NCBI GenBank assembly: GCA_016716605.1
Contig: JADJWA010000001.1
Location: 2,489,330 to 2,553,329, forward strand
Length of the DNA: 64,000 nt
Reading direction: 5' to 3'
Source: Flavobacteriales bacterium
GTDB lineage: Bacteria; Bacteroidota; Bacteroidia; Flavobacteriales_F; PHOS-HE28
Shown: one piece after another, positions 25,404-33,208 of the stretch
Layout: each line of letters opens with the position of its first letter
Position numbering within the stretch: position 1 is the stretch's first letter
The notes under the pieces: model-generated
What the model was told of the DNA's origin: nothing
Databases searched by the model: none
What the model saw: only the letters and a program-made list of their open reading frames with translations
Translations under genes and position numbers: made by a program

Positions 25404-26519
25404 ATGCCCTTGCGCATCGCCATCGCCACACCCAGCCACAATGTGTACAGCGAGACCTTCATCGCTGCGCACATTGAGCGGCTTGCCGGCGTGGAGCTCG
25501 TGCTTTCCGGCGGCGAATTGCCCAAGCGGGTGGTGAATGGTCCCGAGCTGTGCCATCATGGAGGCTTCGCCTTCGCGCGCGATCAGTTCATGGCCAGGCT
25601 GCTCCGCACAGATCAACGCGGGTTGCTTTCGCGGCGGATCGCCGCCGAGCTGCGCAAGGCACGCATCGATGTGGTGCTGGCCGAGTACGGCTCCACTGCT
25701 GATGCCATGCGCGAGGCCTGCAAGCGGGCAGGGGTCCCCATGGTGGCGCACTTCCACGGATTCGATGCGCACAAGCAGGTGGTGATCGATGAGAAGGGTG
25801 GTTATCGAGCGCTCTTCGCGCAGGCTAAGGCGATCATTGCGGTGAGCCACTTTATGGAGGAACAGCTCCTGCGCCTCGGCGCCCCGCGCGAGAAGCTGGT
25901 ATACAGCTGCTACGGCATCGATGTGGAGCGCTTCACCGCCGGTGATCCCGTTCAAGCTCCGCCGCATTTCGTGGCTGTGGGCCGCTTCGTCGACAAGAAG
26001 GCGCCGCACCTCACCCTGAGCGCGTTCGAGCGGGTGGTACAGCGCGTGCCCGAGGCGCGGCTCACCATGGTGGGGCAGGGGCCTCTTTGGGAGAGTTGCG
26101 TGCAGCGCACGGCATCCGCGCCATTGGCCGGTCGTGTTGATCTGCCTGGTGTGCGCAGCCCCGAGGAGATCGCCGCCTTGATGCGCGGCTCGCGGGCCTT
26201 CGTGCAGCACAGCATGCGCGCCCTCAGCGGCGATTGCGAAGGCACGCCACTGGCCGTGCTCGAAGCCATGGCCACGGGCATCCCGGTGGTGTCCACGCGT
26301 CATGCAGGCATAGGCGACGTGGTGCAGCATGAGGTGCATGGGCTGCTTTGCAACGAAGCTGACGTGGAGGGCATGGCGAGGAACATGGAACTCATCGCGC
26401 GCGATGCGGATATGGCGGGCCGGATGGGACGGGCCGGTCGCGCGAAGGCAGAACAGGAGCATCGGGTGCAGGACAGCATCGCTCGCTTGCAGTCCGTGCT
26501 AGAAGGCGCTGTGAAATGA
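25404..26519 (+). CDS. Family 4 (GT-B) glycosyltransferase, paralog A
   Basis: VGRFVDKKAPHL and E-x7-E-like GDCEGTPLAVLEAMATGIPVVSTRHAGIGDVV. The start is at MPLRIAIATPSHN. Confidence 0.85.
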   Translation: MPLRIAIATPSHNVYSETFIAAHIERLAGVELVLSGGELPKRVVNGPELCHHGGFAFARDQFMARLLRTDQRGLLSRRIAAELRKARIDVVLAEYGSTADAMREACKRAGVPMVAHFHGFDAHKQVVIDEKGGYRALFAQAKAIIAVSHFMEEQLLRLGAPREKLVYSCYGIDVERFTAGDPVQAPPHFVAVGRFVDKKAPHLTLSAFERVVQRVPEARLTMVGQGPLWESCVQRTASAPLAGRVDLPGVRSPEEIAALMRGSRAFVQHSMRALSGDCEGTPLAVLEAMATGIPVVSTRHAGIGDVVQHEVHGLLCNEADVEGMARNMELIARDADMAGRMGRAGRAKAEQEHRVQDSIARLQSVLEGAVK

Positions 26520-26631
26520 ACGCCCGGATGAGTGCCAACTTTATGAGCCCGCAGTCCGCATTGGATGGTTCTCCGTTCAACTGCGTGGTCCGTGGCCATC
26601 AGCGCTGCGTAGGTCCTGAAAGCGAAATGGC

Positions 26632-27789
26632 ATGAGCGCAACGGCAGCACCCATCCGACTGGCCATTGTAACGCCGAAGGAGAATGCTTGGAGCGAGACC
26701 TTCATCGCCGCGCACATCGAACGATTGAAAGGCGTGGAACTGGTGCTTGCCGGAGGTGAGTTGCCCACGCATGTGGTGAATGGAAAGGTGCTGCGCGGGA
26801 AAGGGGCGTTCGCTTATCTGCGCGATCAGGCTGCTGCACGCGCGCTTCGCACGGATCAGGATGGCATCCTGGTGCGGCGCATTGCGGCCGTGCTGCGGCG
26901 GGCGCGCATTGATGTGGTGCTCGCCGAATACGGCACCACGGCCCACGCCATGCTCGCTCCATGCGCCTTGGCGGGCGTGCCGCTCGTGGCGCACTTCCAC
27001 GGCTTCGATGCGCATGTTGATGCGGTGATCAAGGCCCACCACGACTACCGCGCGCTCTTCGCGCAGTCCAGCGCATTGGTGGTGGTGAGCCGCGGCATGG
27101 AACAGCAGCTATTGGATTTGGGCGCGCTGCGCGAGAAAGTGGTGCGCAACAGTTGCGGAGTCGATGCCGAGCGCTTCGCCATGGGCGATCCAGCCCGCAC
27201 GCCGCCTCATTTCTTGTTCGTGGGCCGCTTCGTCGATAAGAAAGCGCCGCACCTCGCGCTGAGCGCCTTCGAGCGCCTCGTGGAGCGCGTGCCCGAGGCC
27301 AAGCTCACCATGGTGGGTCAAGGTCCGTTGTGGGAGAGTTGCGCGCAGCGGGTGCGTTCATCGCCCTTGGCCGGACGCGTCGAGTTGCCTGGGATTCTGA
27401 GCCCTGATGAGGTCGCTTCGCTGCTGCGCGGTGCACGTGCCTTCGTGCTGCACAGCGTGCGCGCGCTCAATGGCGATTGTGAGGGCACGCCGGTGGCCGT
27501 GCTCGAGGCGATGGCTTCGGGCATCCCCGTGGTGGCCACGCGGCATGCGGGCATCGGTGATGTGGTGGTGCATGAGGAGCACGGGCTGCTCTGCGATGAG
27601 CACGATGTGGAGGCCATGGCCATGAACCTGGAGCGCGTGGCGCGTGATCCGCAGCTCGCAGGTGAACTGGGCCGCGCTGGCCGTGCGAAGGCCGAGCGCG
27701 AGCATCGCGTGGAGGACAGCATCGCGGGCTTGCAGGCGATCCTGGAGCGCGTTGCGCGAGGGACAGGGCGTCTTGTTGAGCGCAGCTGA
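26632..27789 (+). CDS. Family 4 (GT-B) glycosyltransferase, paralog B (tandem duplicate of 25404-26519)
   Basis: Colinear with paralog A along its whole length, with roughly two thirds to three quarters of residues identical by eye. Examples: SETFIAAHIERL, ARIDVVLAEYG, VGRFVDKKAPHL, LTMVGQGPLWESC, GDCEGTPVAVLEAMASGIPVVATRHAGIGDVV. Confidence 0.85.
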   Translation: MSATAAPIRLAIVTPKENAWSETFIAAHIERLKGVELVLAGGELPTHVVNGKVLRGKGAFAYLRDQAAARALRTDQDGILVRRIAAVLRRARIDVVLAEYGTTAHAMLAPCALAGVPLVAHFHGFDAHVDAVIKAHHDYRALFAQSSALVVVSRGMEQQLLDLGALREKVVRNSCGVDAERFAMGDPARTPPHFLFVGRFVDKKAPHLALSAFERLVERVPEAKLTMVGQGPLWESCAQRVRSSPLAGRVELPGILSPDEVASLLRGARAFVLHSVRALNGDCEGTPVAVLEAMASGIPVVATRHAGIGDVVVHEEHGLLCDEHDVEAMAMNLERVARDPQLAGELGRAGRAKAEREHRVEDSIAGLQAILERVARGTGRLVERS

Positions 27790-27807
27790 TTGAAGTTCAT
27801 TCCCTGC

Positions 27808-28027
27808 GTCTCGTCGGGCCTTCAGCCCTCCCGATGCTTGGGCTGGTGGATCGGCGGCACCACGGGTGCCGCCGGGGATGTGGTCGGCCCTTCAGGCCTA
27901 CCATTTGTCACGTTCATGGGATTGGAAATGCTGGTTGTTTCTGGCAGCGCCGGATGCTTTGCTAACGGGGAAATAGCAACGGACTGAAAGCCTGGCCAGA
28001 AAGCGGCTTGCGCCCGTGGTGCAAGCC
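27808..28027 (+). repeat. 220-bp hairpin-rich repeat element, copy L (3' side of the RAYT-like gene)
   Basis: Aligns without indels to 28545-28764 (offset 737 bp), with roughly nine in ten positions identical by eye. It contains CGGGCCTTCAGCCCTCC, a perfect hairpin CGGCGGCACC-ACG-GGTGCCGCCG (27852-27874), GGCCCTTCAGGCC and a TGAAAGCC core. Confidence 0.85.
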
Positions 28028-28052
28028 TTAGTTCACGCAAGGCCCGATGAAC

Positions 28053-28505
28053 TCAATCCCAGACGTACCGCTCATCGAAGTCAATGCCATTATCGATGAG
28101 TAGGCTCCGATACTCGTCCTGGAAGGATTGACGACGATGATGCTCGACTTGTCCATCGATGTACGCGAGCAGTCGGTCAACATCCATATAGTAGGCTGAG
28201 AACGCAGCATACCCCGTTTGCCAAGCGAATTTCTGGCATCGTTCGTCCTGGGTCTTCACCCAGCGCGAGGACCCCGTTTTGACTTGCTCCACCAGATCAG
28301 CAACCGACATGGTCCGTGCGAGACGAATCGCGAGATGCACATGGTCCTCGATGCCCCCGGCCCGATAACACTCAGACCCATGGTTCCTCACTATGCTGGC
28401 GAGGTACTCGTGCATGCGCTGCTTGATTCCGTCGTGGAGGAAGGGCTCTCGGTGCTTGGTGCTGAATGTGACATGGATGATGATGTTGCCGAGTGATTGG
28501 GGCAT
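28053..28505 (-). mobile_element. HUH / Y1 single-domain transposase-like gene (IS200-like fold, REP-associated tyrosine transposase [RAYT]-like), 150 aa
   Basis: IIIHVTFSTKHREPFL, HUH motif IEDHVHLAIRL, catalytic-Tyr context FAWQTGYAAFS, and YIDGQVEHHRRQSF. No tnpB-like second ORF is present. Third codon positions are visibly richer in A/T (CAT, GAT, TAT, CAA, CGT, ATT) than in neighbouring genes. Confidence 0.85.
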
Positions 28506-28544
28506 GGAGCAGGGGGTTATTGCTGTGAATTTAGGTTTGATCAG

Positions 28545-28764
28545 GTCTCGTCGGGCCTTCAGCCCTCCTGATGCTTATGCTGGTGAAACGGCCGTACCAC
28601 GGGTGCCGCCGGGGATGTGGTCGGCCCTTCAAGCCTTCCATATGTCACGTCCGTGGAATTGGAACTGCTGGTTGCTTCTGGCAGCGCCGGATGCTGCGTT
28701 AACGGGGAAATATCTGAGGGCTGAAAGCCGGACCAGATAGCGGCTTGCGCCAGTGGCGCGAGCC
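28545..28764 (+). repeat. 220-bp hairpin-rich repeat element, copy R (5' side of the RAYT-like gene), merging into the tandem array
   Basis: A direct repeat of 27808-28027. Its last roughly 51 bp (from 28714) are identical in sequence class to the start of the 139-bp tandem unit. Confidence 0.85.
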
Positions 28765-29222
28765 AATGGACGCGATAGGAAATTGGAGGGCTGAAGGCCC
28801 GATGAGCTCCCGGCATGCGCCACGAAGCGAGTGGATAACGAGGACAGCGAATCTGAGGGCTGAAAGCCCGACCAGATAGCGGCTTGCGCCAGTGGCGCGA
28901 GCCAATGGACGCGAAAGGGTATTGGAGGGCTGAAGGCCCGATGAGCTCCCGGCATGCGCCACGAAGCGAGTGGATAACGAGGACAGGGAATCTGAGGGCT
29001 GAAAGCCCGACCAGATACGGCTTGCGCCAGTGGCGCGAGCCAATGGACGCGAAAGGGTATTGGAGGGCTGAAGGCCCGATGAGCTCCCGGCATGCGCCAC
29101 GAAGCGAGTGGATAACGAGGACAGGGAATCTGAGGGCTGAAAGCCCGACCAGATAGCGGCTTGCGCCAGTGGCGCGAGCCAATGGACGCGAAAGGGTATT
29201 GGAGGGCTGAAGGCCCGATGAG
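28714..29222 (+). repeat. Tandem array, about 3.7 copies of a 139-bp unit carrying REP-like hairpins
   Basis: Unit starts (CTGAGGGCTGAAAGCC) are at 28714, 28853, 28992 and 29130, giving periods of 139, 139 and 138. Copies are near-identical. Each unit holds GGGCTGAAAGCCC (5-bp stem), GCGCCAGTGGCGC (6-bp stem) and GGAGGGCTGAAGGCCCG. Confidence 0.95.
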
Positions 29223-29301
29223 ACCTAATCGCGCCAAGTGTGAATTGACGGCCACCCTTGAGGCTGTCATCGATCATTCGAGGATTCCCCATCTTGGCCC
29301 C

Positions 29302-30732
29302 ATGAAGGCATCGCTCCCGCTGCGCATCCTCATCGGCCTCGGTGCCGGCATCATCTGGGCCGTGACCAGCAGCACGCTCGGCTTCAGCGAATTCACCCTC
29401 GATTGGATCGCGCCCTTCGGCGACATCTTCATCAATCTGCTGAAGCTCATCGCGATCCCGCTCGTGCTCTTCAGCATCATCAGCGGGGTGAGCGGATTGG
29501 GCGATGTGGCCAAGCTGGGGCGCACCGGCTTGCGCATGCTCGCGCTCTACCTCGCCACCACGGTGATGGCCATCAGCGTGGGCCTTTTGCTGGTGAATGT
29601 GATCAAGCCCGGTGAATGGTCGGATGATGCCCAGCGCCTGCGCAACCGCATCGGCTATGAGCTCTGGGTGCAGGAGACCGCCAGCGTGGAGAAGCCCAAG
29701 GATGGCCGCTGCGTGAGCTGCGACCCTGCGAATGCCGCACTGGTGGCCGAGGTGCTCGCGGCTCGGAAGGCCTCGCCGCCCGATCCCGCGCTCATGGGCA
29801 AGGTGGAGCAGGCGAAACAGGTGCAGGGCGGTCCGCTCCAGTTCCTCGTGGACATGGTGCCCAGCAACATCTTCCTCAGCTTCAACAATGCCCTGATGCT
29901 GCAGGTGATCTTCTTCGCGCTCTTCTTCGGCATCGTGCTGCTCATGGTCCCGGCGGCAGCTGCCGCGCCCGTGGTGTCGCTGGTGAACGGCCTCAACGAG
30001 GTGTTCATGAAGATGGTGGACGTGGTGATGCGCGCGGCCCCCTGGTTCGTGTTCGCGCTCATGGCCGGCGTGGTGTCGCGCATCGCGGGCGATGACCCGG
30101 CGGCCGTGCTCCAGTTGTTCAAGTCGCTGGCCGGCTACAGCCTCACCGTGCTCATCGGGCTGGCGCTCATGGTCTTCCTGGTCTATCCCGTGGTGATGAC
30201 GCTGCTGATGCGCCGCAACGTGTTCGCGCGCTTCCTCAAGGCCATCAGCCCGGCGCAGCTGCTCGCCTTCAGCACCAGCAGCAGCGCCGCCACCTTGCCC
30301 GCCACGATCGAGTGCGTGGAGGAGCGCATCGGCGTGAGCAAGAGCACGGCGAGTTTCGTGCTGCCCATCGGTGCCACGGTGAACATGGATGGCACCAGCC
30401 TGTACCAGGCCGTGGCCGTGATCTTCCTCGCGCAATTCCATTGGGTCGATCTCTCGATCGGCCAGCAGCTCGGCGTCATCCTCACCGCCACGCTCGCGAG
30501 CATCGGGGCCGCTGCGGTGCCCAGTGCGGGCCTCATCACGCTCTTCATCGTGCTCACGGGGCTCGGCCTCGACCCGGCGTGGATCGCCATCATCCTGCCG
30601 GTTGACCGCCTGCTCGACATGTGCCGCACCGTGGTGAACGTGACCGGCGATGCCGCCTGCTGCAGCATCGTGGCGCACAGCCAAGGCGAGAAGCTCTTCC
30701 CGGATGAGGAGGCCGTGGCCTCAGGCTCCTGA
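29302..30732 (+). CDS. Dicarboxylate/amino acid:cation symporter (DAACS, GltP-like)
   Basis: FSTSSSAATLPATIECVE, LPIGATVNMDGTSLYQAVAVIFLAQ, AAVPSAGLITL. The start is at MKASLPLRILIGLGAG. The track's 29161 start lies inside the tandem repeat. Confidence 0.9.
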   Translation: MKASLPLRILIGLGAGIIWAVTSSTLGFSEFTLDWIAPFGDIFINLLKLIAIPLVLFSIISGVSGLGDVAKLGRTGLRMLALYLATTVMAISVGLLLVNVIKPGEWSDDAQRLRNRIGYELWVQETASVEKPKDGRCVSCDPANAALVAEVLAARKASPPDPALMGKVEQAKQVQGGPLQFLVDMVPSNIFLSFNNALMLQVIFFALFFGIVLLMVPAAAAAPVVSLVNGLNEVFMKMVDVVMRAAPWFVFALMAGVVSRIAGDDPAAVLQLFKSLAGYSLTVLIGLALMVFLVYPVVMTLLMRRNVFARFLKAISPAQLLAFSTSSSAATLPATIECVEERIGVSKSTASFVLPIGATVNMDGTSLYQAVAVIFLAQFHWVDLSIGQQLGVILTATLASIGAAAVPSAGLITLFIVLTGLGLDPAWIAIILPVDRLLDMCRTVVNVTGDAACCSIVAHSQGEKLFPDEEAVASGS

Positions 30733-31605
30733 TTCGAGCACCTCTTCGATGTTCCCCTTGATGGTGGCCGCGATCCGCTGCATCGGCAGGTCGTTCTGGT
30801 CCTTGCCGAAGGGGTCCTCGATCTCCTCGGCGATGATCTCGAGGCTGGCCATCACGTAGAAGATGAACATCACCACGGGCACGGCGATCCAGCCCAGCGT
30901 GAACGCGAAGCCGAAGGGCAGGGTGAGCACGTAGATCACGATGAACTTCTTGATGAAGCTGCTGTAGGAGTAGGGGATGGGTGTGTTCTTGATGCGCTCG
31001 CAGGCGCCGCAGATCTCCAGCAATTGCGCCAGCTCGCGGTCCACGGTGAGCAGCTGCTCGCCGCTGATGACGCCTTCCTTCAGCATGCGGCGCACGCGCG
31101 CGGTCATGAGCTGCACGATCTGTGCGGGCACATGCTTGCTGCGGTTGAAGTCGGGGATCTCCGGGTGCGGCTTCGAATCCAGCTCCAGACGCGTCTTCTC
31201 GCGCAGCAAGTGAAGGCGCAGCTCATGCGCGAAGAGCGGGATCAGCTTGGCGAAGAAGGCGCGCGCGTCCTTGTCCTCGGGCAGCAGCGCATCGAGCTTG
31301 ACGGCGAGGTTGCGGCTGGCGTTCACCAGCTGGCCCCAGAGCTTGCGGCCCTCCCACCATCGGTCGTACGCGGTGTTGGTACGGAACACCAGCAGCATGC
31401 TGATCGCGAAGCCCAGCAGGCTGTGCATCACGGGCAGGTTCTTCACCAGGCTCTCATCGCCAAGGCCCATGCGCCGCAGCTCGATGAATCCGATCCCGTA
31501 GGTGAAGGCCCCCACCAGGATGAGCCATGGCCAGAGCTTGCGGAAGGTGTCGGCCTTATGGAGGGCGAGCGCCTTGAACCAGTCGGAGGGGTCGTAGGAG
31601 ACCAT
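30721..31605 (-). CDS. Bestrophin-family (UPF0187/YneE-like) anion channel
   Basis: LLVFRTNTAYDRWWEGRKLWGQLVNASRNLA is the family hallmark, with four TM segments. Its 3' end overlaps the convergent symporter gene by 12 nt. Confidence 0.8.
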   Translation of the reverse strand: MVSYDPSDWFKALALHKADTFRKLWPWLILVGAFTYGIGFIELRRMGLGDESLVKNLPVMHSLLGFAISMLLVFRTNTAYDRWWEGRKLWGQLVNASRNLAVKLDALLPEDKDARAFFAKLIPLFAHELRLHLLREKTRLELDSKPHPEIPDFNRSKHVPAQIVQLMTARVRRMLKEGVISGEQLLTVDRELAQLLEICGACERIKNTPIPYSYSSFIKKFIVIYVLTLPFGFAFTLGWIAVPVVMFIFYVMASLEIIAEEIEDPFGKDQNDLPMQRIAATIKGNIEEVLESGA

Positions 31606-31608
31606 CGG

Positions 31609-32418
31609 CTATTGATAGTGCTTGCCGACCATGCGTTGGAACATCCGGCCCGGCAGCAGCTTCTTCGCCAGCACGCTGATGCGCTGCACGCCTTGCGCCA
31701 CGAGGTAGGTGGCCTTGGGCTTCGGCGCGGCGATGATGCGCGCCACGACGCGGGCCAGCTCGTCGGGGTCGCGGCTGTAATGCATGCTTCCGCCCAGTAG
31801 TTCCATGGCGCGCGCGTAGCCCGGCTCGTGCTCCGGACTGATGCGCTCGGGCCTCAATCGGCCTTCGGCGATCGGCGTGCGGAACTCGCCGGGCTGCACA
31901 TTCACCACGGTGATGCCGAAGCGCTCCTCCTCGATGGCCAAGGCTTCGCCGTAGCGCTCCAGGGCCGCTTTGCTCGCGCTGTAGAAGGCGCGGTAGGGCA
32001 GCCCGAAGTTGGCCGCCACGCTGGTGATGTTGATGATGAGCCCGCTCTTCTGCGCGCGCATCCCGGGCAGCACGGCACGGCAGAGGCGATGAGCGCCCAG
32101 CACGTTGGTGTCGAGCAGCCGCATGGCCAATCCCGGTTCAATGTCCTGCGCGGGGCCTTGGATGCCGAGCCCGGCGTTGTTCACCAGCACGTCGATGCCG
32201 CCCAGTCGTGTGAGCGCTTCCTGCACGCCGTGCCGCACCGAGGCCTCATCGGTGATGTCCATGCGCACCAGCGTTACCCCGTTGGCGACCGCGCCATCGT
32301 CCACGCGCCTTCCAGTGCCCACTACGGAATGCCCTTGCGCCACTAAGCGTTCGGCCATGGCCTTGCCCAGGCCGCTGCTCGCGCCGGTCACCAGCACGCG
32401 CTTCGCGTAGCTCCCCAT
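31609..32418 (-). CDS. Short-chain dehydrogenase/reductase (SDR)
   Basis: VLVTGASSGLGKAMA (TGxxxGxG), NNAG, and catalytic YSASKAAL. The start is set at MGSYAKRVLVTG. Confidence 0.85.
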   Translation of the reverse strand: MGSYAKRVLVTGASSGLGKAMAERLVAQGHSVVGTGRRVDDGAVANGVTLVRMDITDEASVRHGVQEALTRLGGIDVLVNNAGLGIQGPAQDIEPGLAMRLLDTNVLGAHRLCRAVLPGMRAQKSGLIINITSVAANFGLPYRAFYSASKAALERYGEALAIEEERFGITVVNVQPGEFRTPIAEGRLRPERISPEHEPGYARAMELLGGSMHYSRDPDELARVVARIIAAPKPKATYLVAQGVQRISVLAKKLLPGRMFQRMVGKHYQ

Positions 32419-32675
32419 GCGGGGCAAGGTAGAAGCGGGTGATTGAATGGTTCGCCGCGCGGACCCGATTGCTGCCATGCTCCCTACATTCGCGCCGGGG
32501 CAAGTCCCGTACGACCAGCTCCCGCCGAATCCCCCAGGGCCGGAAGGCAGCAAGGGCAGGCGGTTGTAGCGGTGCGATGCGGATCGCTTGCCCCTCTTTT
32601 TTTCTGCCGCCCCAACTGCACGGCTCTTAACCGGCGCTGCATCTATTTTCGACCCGAACCAAAACCAACTGAGAC

Positions 32676-33101
32676 ATGGGCATGATGAAGGAATTCAAAG
32701 AGTTCGCGATGAAGGGCAACCTGGTCGATATGGCCGTGGCCTTCGTCATGGGCGCGGCCTTCGGCAAGGTCACCTCGGCGTTCATCGACGGCATGGTGAT
32801 GCCTATTATCGGCCAGCTCACCGGCGGCGTTGACTTCAACAACAAGAAGTTCGTGCTCACCAAAGCAACGGCCGAATCAGCGGACGCCGCTGGCAACGTG
32901 GTGCCGGCTGTCGCCGAGGTCGCCGTGAAATGGGGCTCCTTCGTCACCGTGGCCATCGAGTTCCTCGTGATCGCCTTCGTGATGTTCATGGTGATCAAGG
33001 CCATCAACCGCATGAAGAAGGCCGAGCCGCCGCCTGCGCCCGCCGGTCCGTCCAACGAGGAGATGCTCCTGATGGAGATCCGCGACGCGCTGAAGAAGTA
33101 A
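32676..33101 (+). CDS. mscL: Large-conductance mechanosensitive channel
   Basis: MKEFKEFAMKGNLVDMAVAFVMGAAFGKVTSAFIDGMVMPIIG is a canonical MscL N-terminus and TM1. The start could be ATG 32676 or 32685. Confidence 0.9.
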   Translation: MGMMKEFKEFAMKGNLVDMAVAFVMGAAFGKVTSAFIDGMVMPIIGQLTGGVDFNNKKFVLTKATAESADAAGNVVPAVAEVAVKWGSFVTVAIEFLVIAFVMFMVIKAINRMKKAEPPPAPAGPSNEEMLLMEIRDALKK

Positions 33102-33120
33102 CCGCTCTCCGTTTCCCGCG

Positions 33121-33147
33121 CGAGCCTCGCCACCACGGCGGGGCTCG
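33121..33147 (+). terminator. Hairpin downstream of mscL (putative intrinsic terminator)
   Basis: CGAGCCTCGCC-ACCAC-GGCGGGGCTCG (11-bp stem with one G-U) followed by TTGCTTTC. It starts 20 nt after the mscL stop. Confidence 0.5.
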
Positions 33148-33208
33148 TTGCTTTCAAGGCCCGTTCGCCCTTCCATCGGCACGATGCTTGGCCAATACAT
33201 TCGCCGCC

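Noticed and set aside
25047-26462. A 471-aa minus-strand ORF opposite GT4 paralog A. A similar set of shorter ORFs lies opposite paralog B.
   Set aside because: It is antisense to a gene with GT4 signature motifs. A parallel antisense ORF over the paralog just reflects the duplication.
28714-29222. Possible CRISPR array, given regularly spaced repeated hairpins.
   Set aside because: The repeats are contiguous 139-bp units with no unique spacers between them. The unit length is far outside CRISPR repeat size. No cas genes are in the window.
28559-29270. Two long minus-strand ORFs (207 and 213 aa) and a plus-strand 90-aa ORF running through the 139-bp tandem array.
   Set aside because: Their protein sequences are simply periodic translations of the DNA repeat (for example ...SALQYPFASIGSRHWRKP... 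recurring). They have no start context or family motif. The open frames exist only because the repeat unit happens to lack stops.
28699-30684. A 661-aa minus-strand ORF, the longest in this part of the track.
   Set aside because: It is antisense to the DAACS symporter gene, which has unmistakable family motifs. Its own product is His/Arg/Glu/Gly/Ala-rich low-complexity sequence, typical of antisense frames in high-GC DNA, and part of it runs through the tandem repeat.
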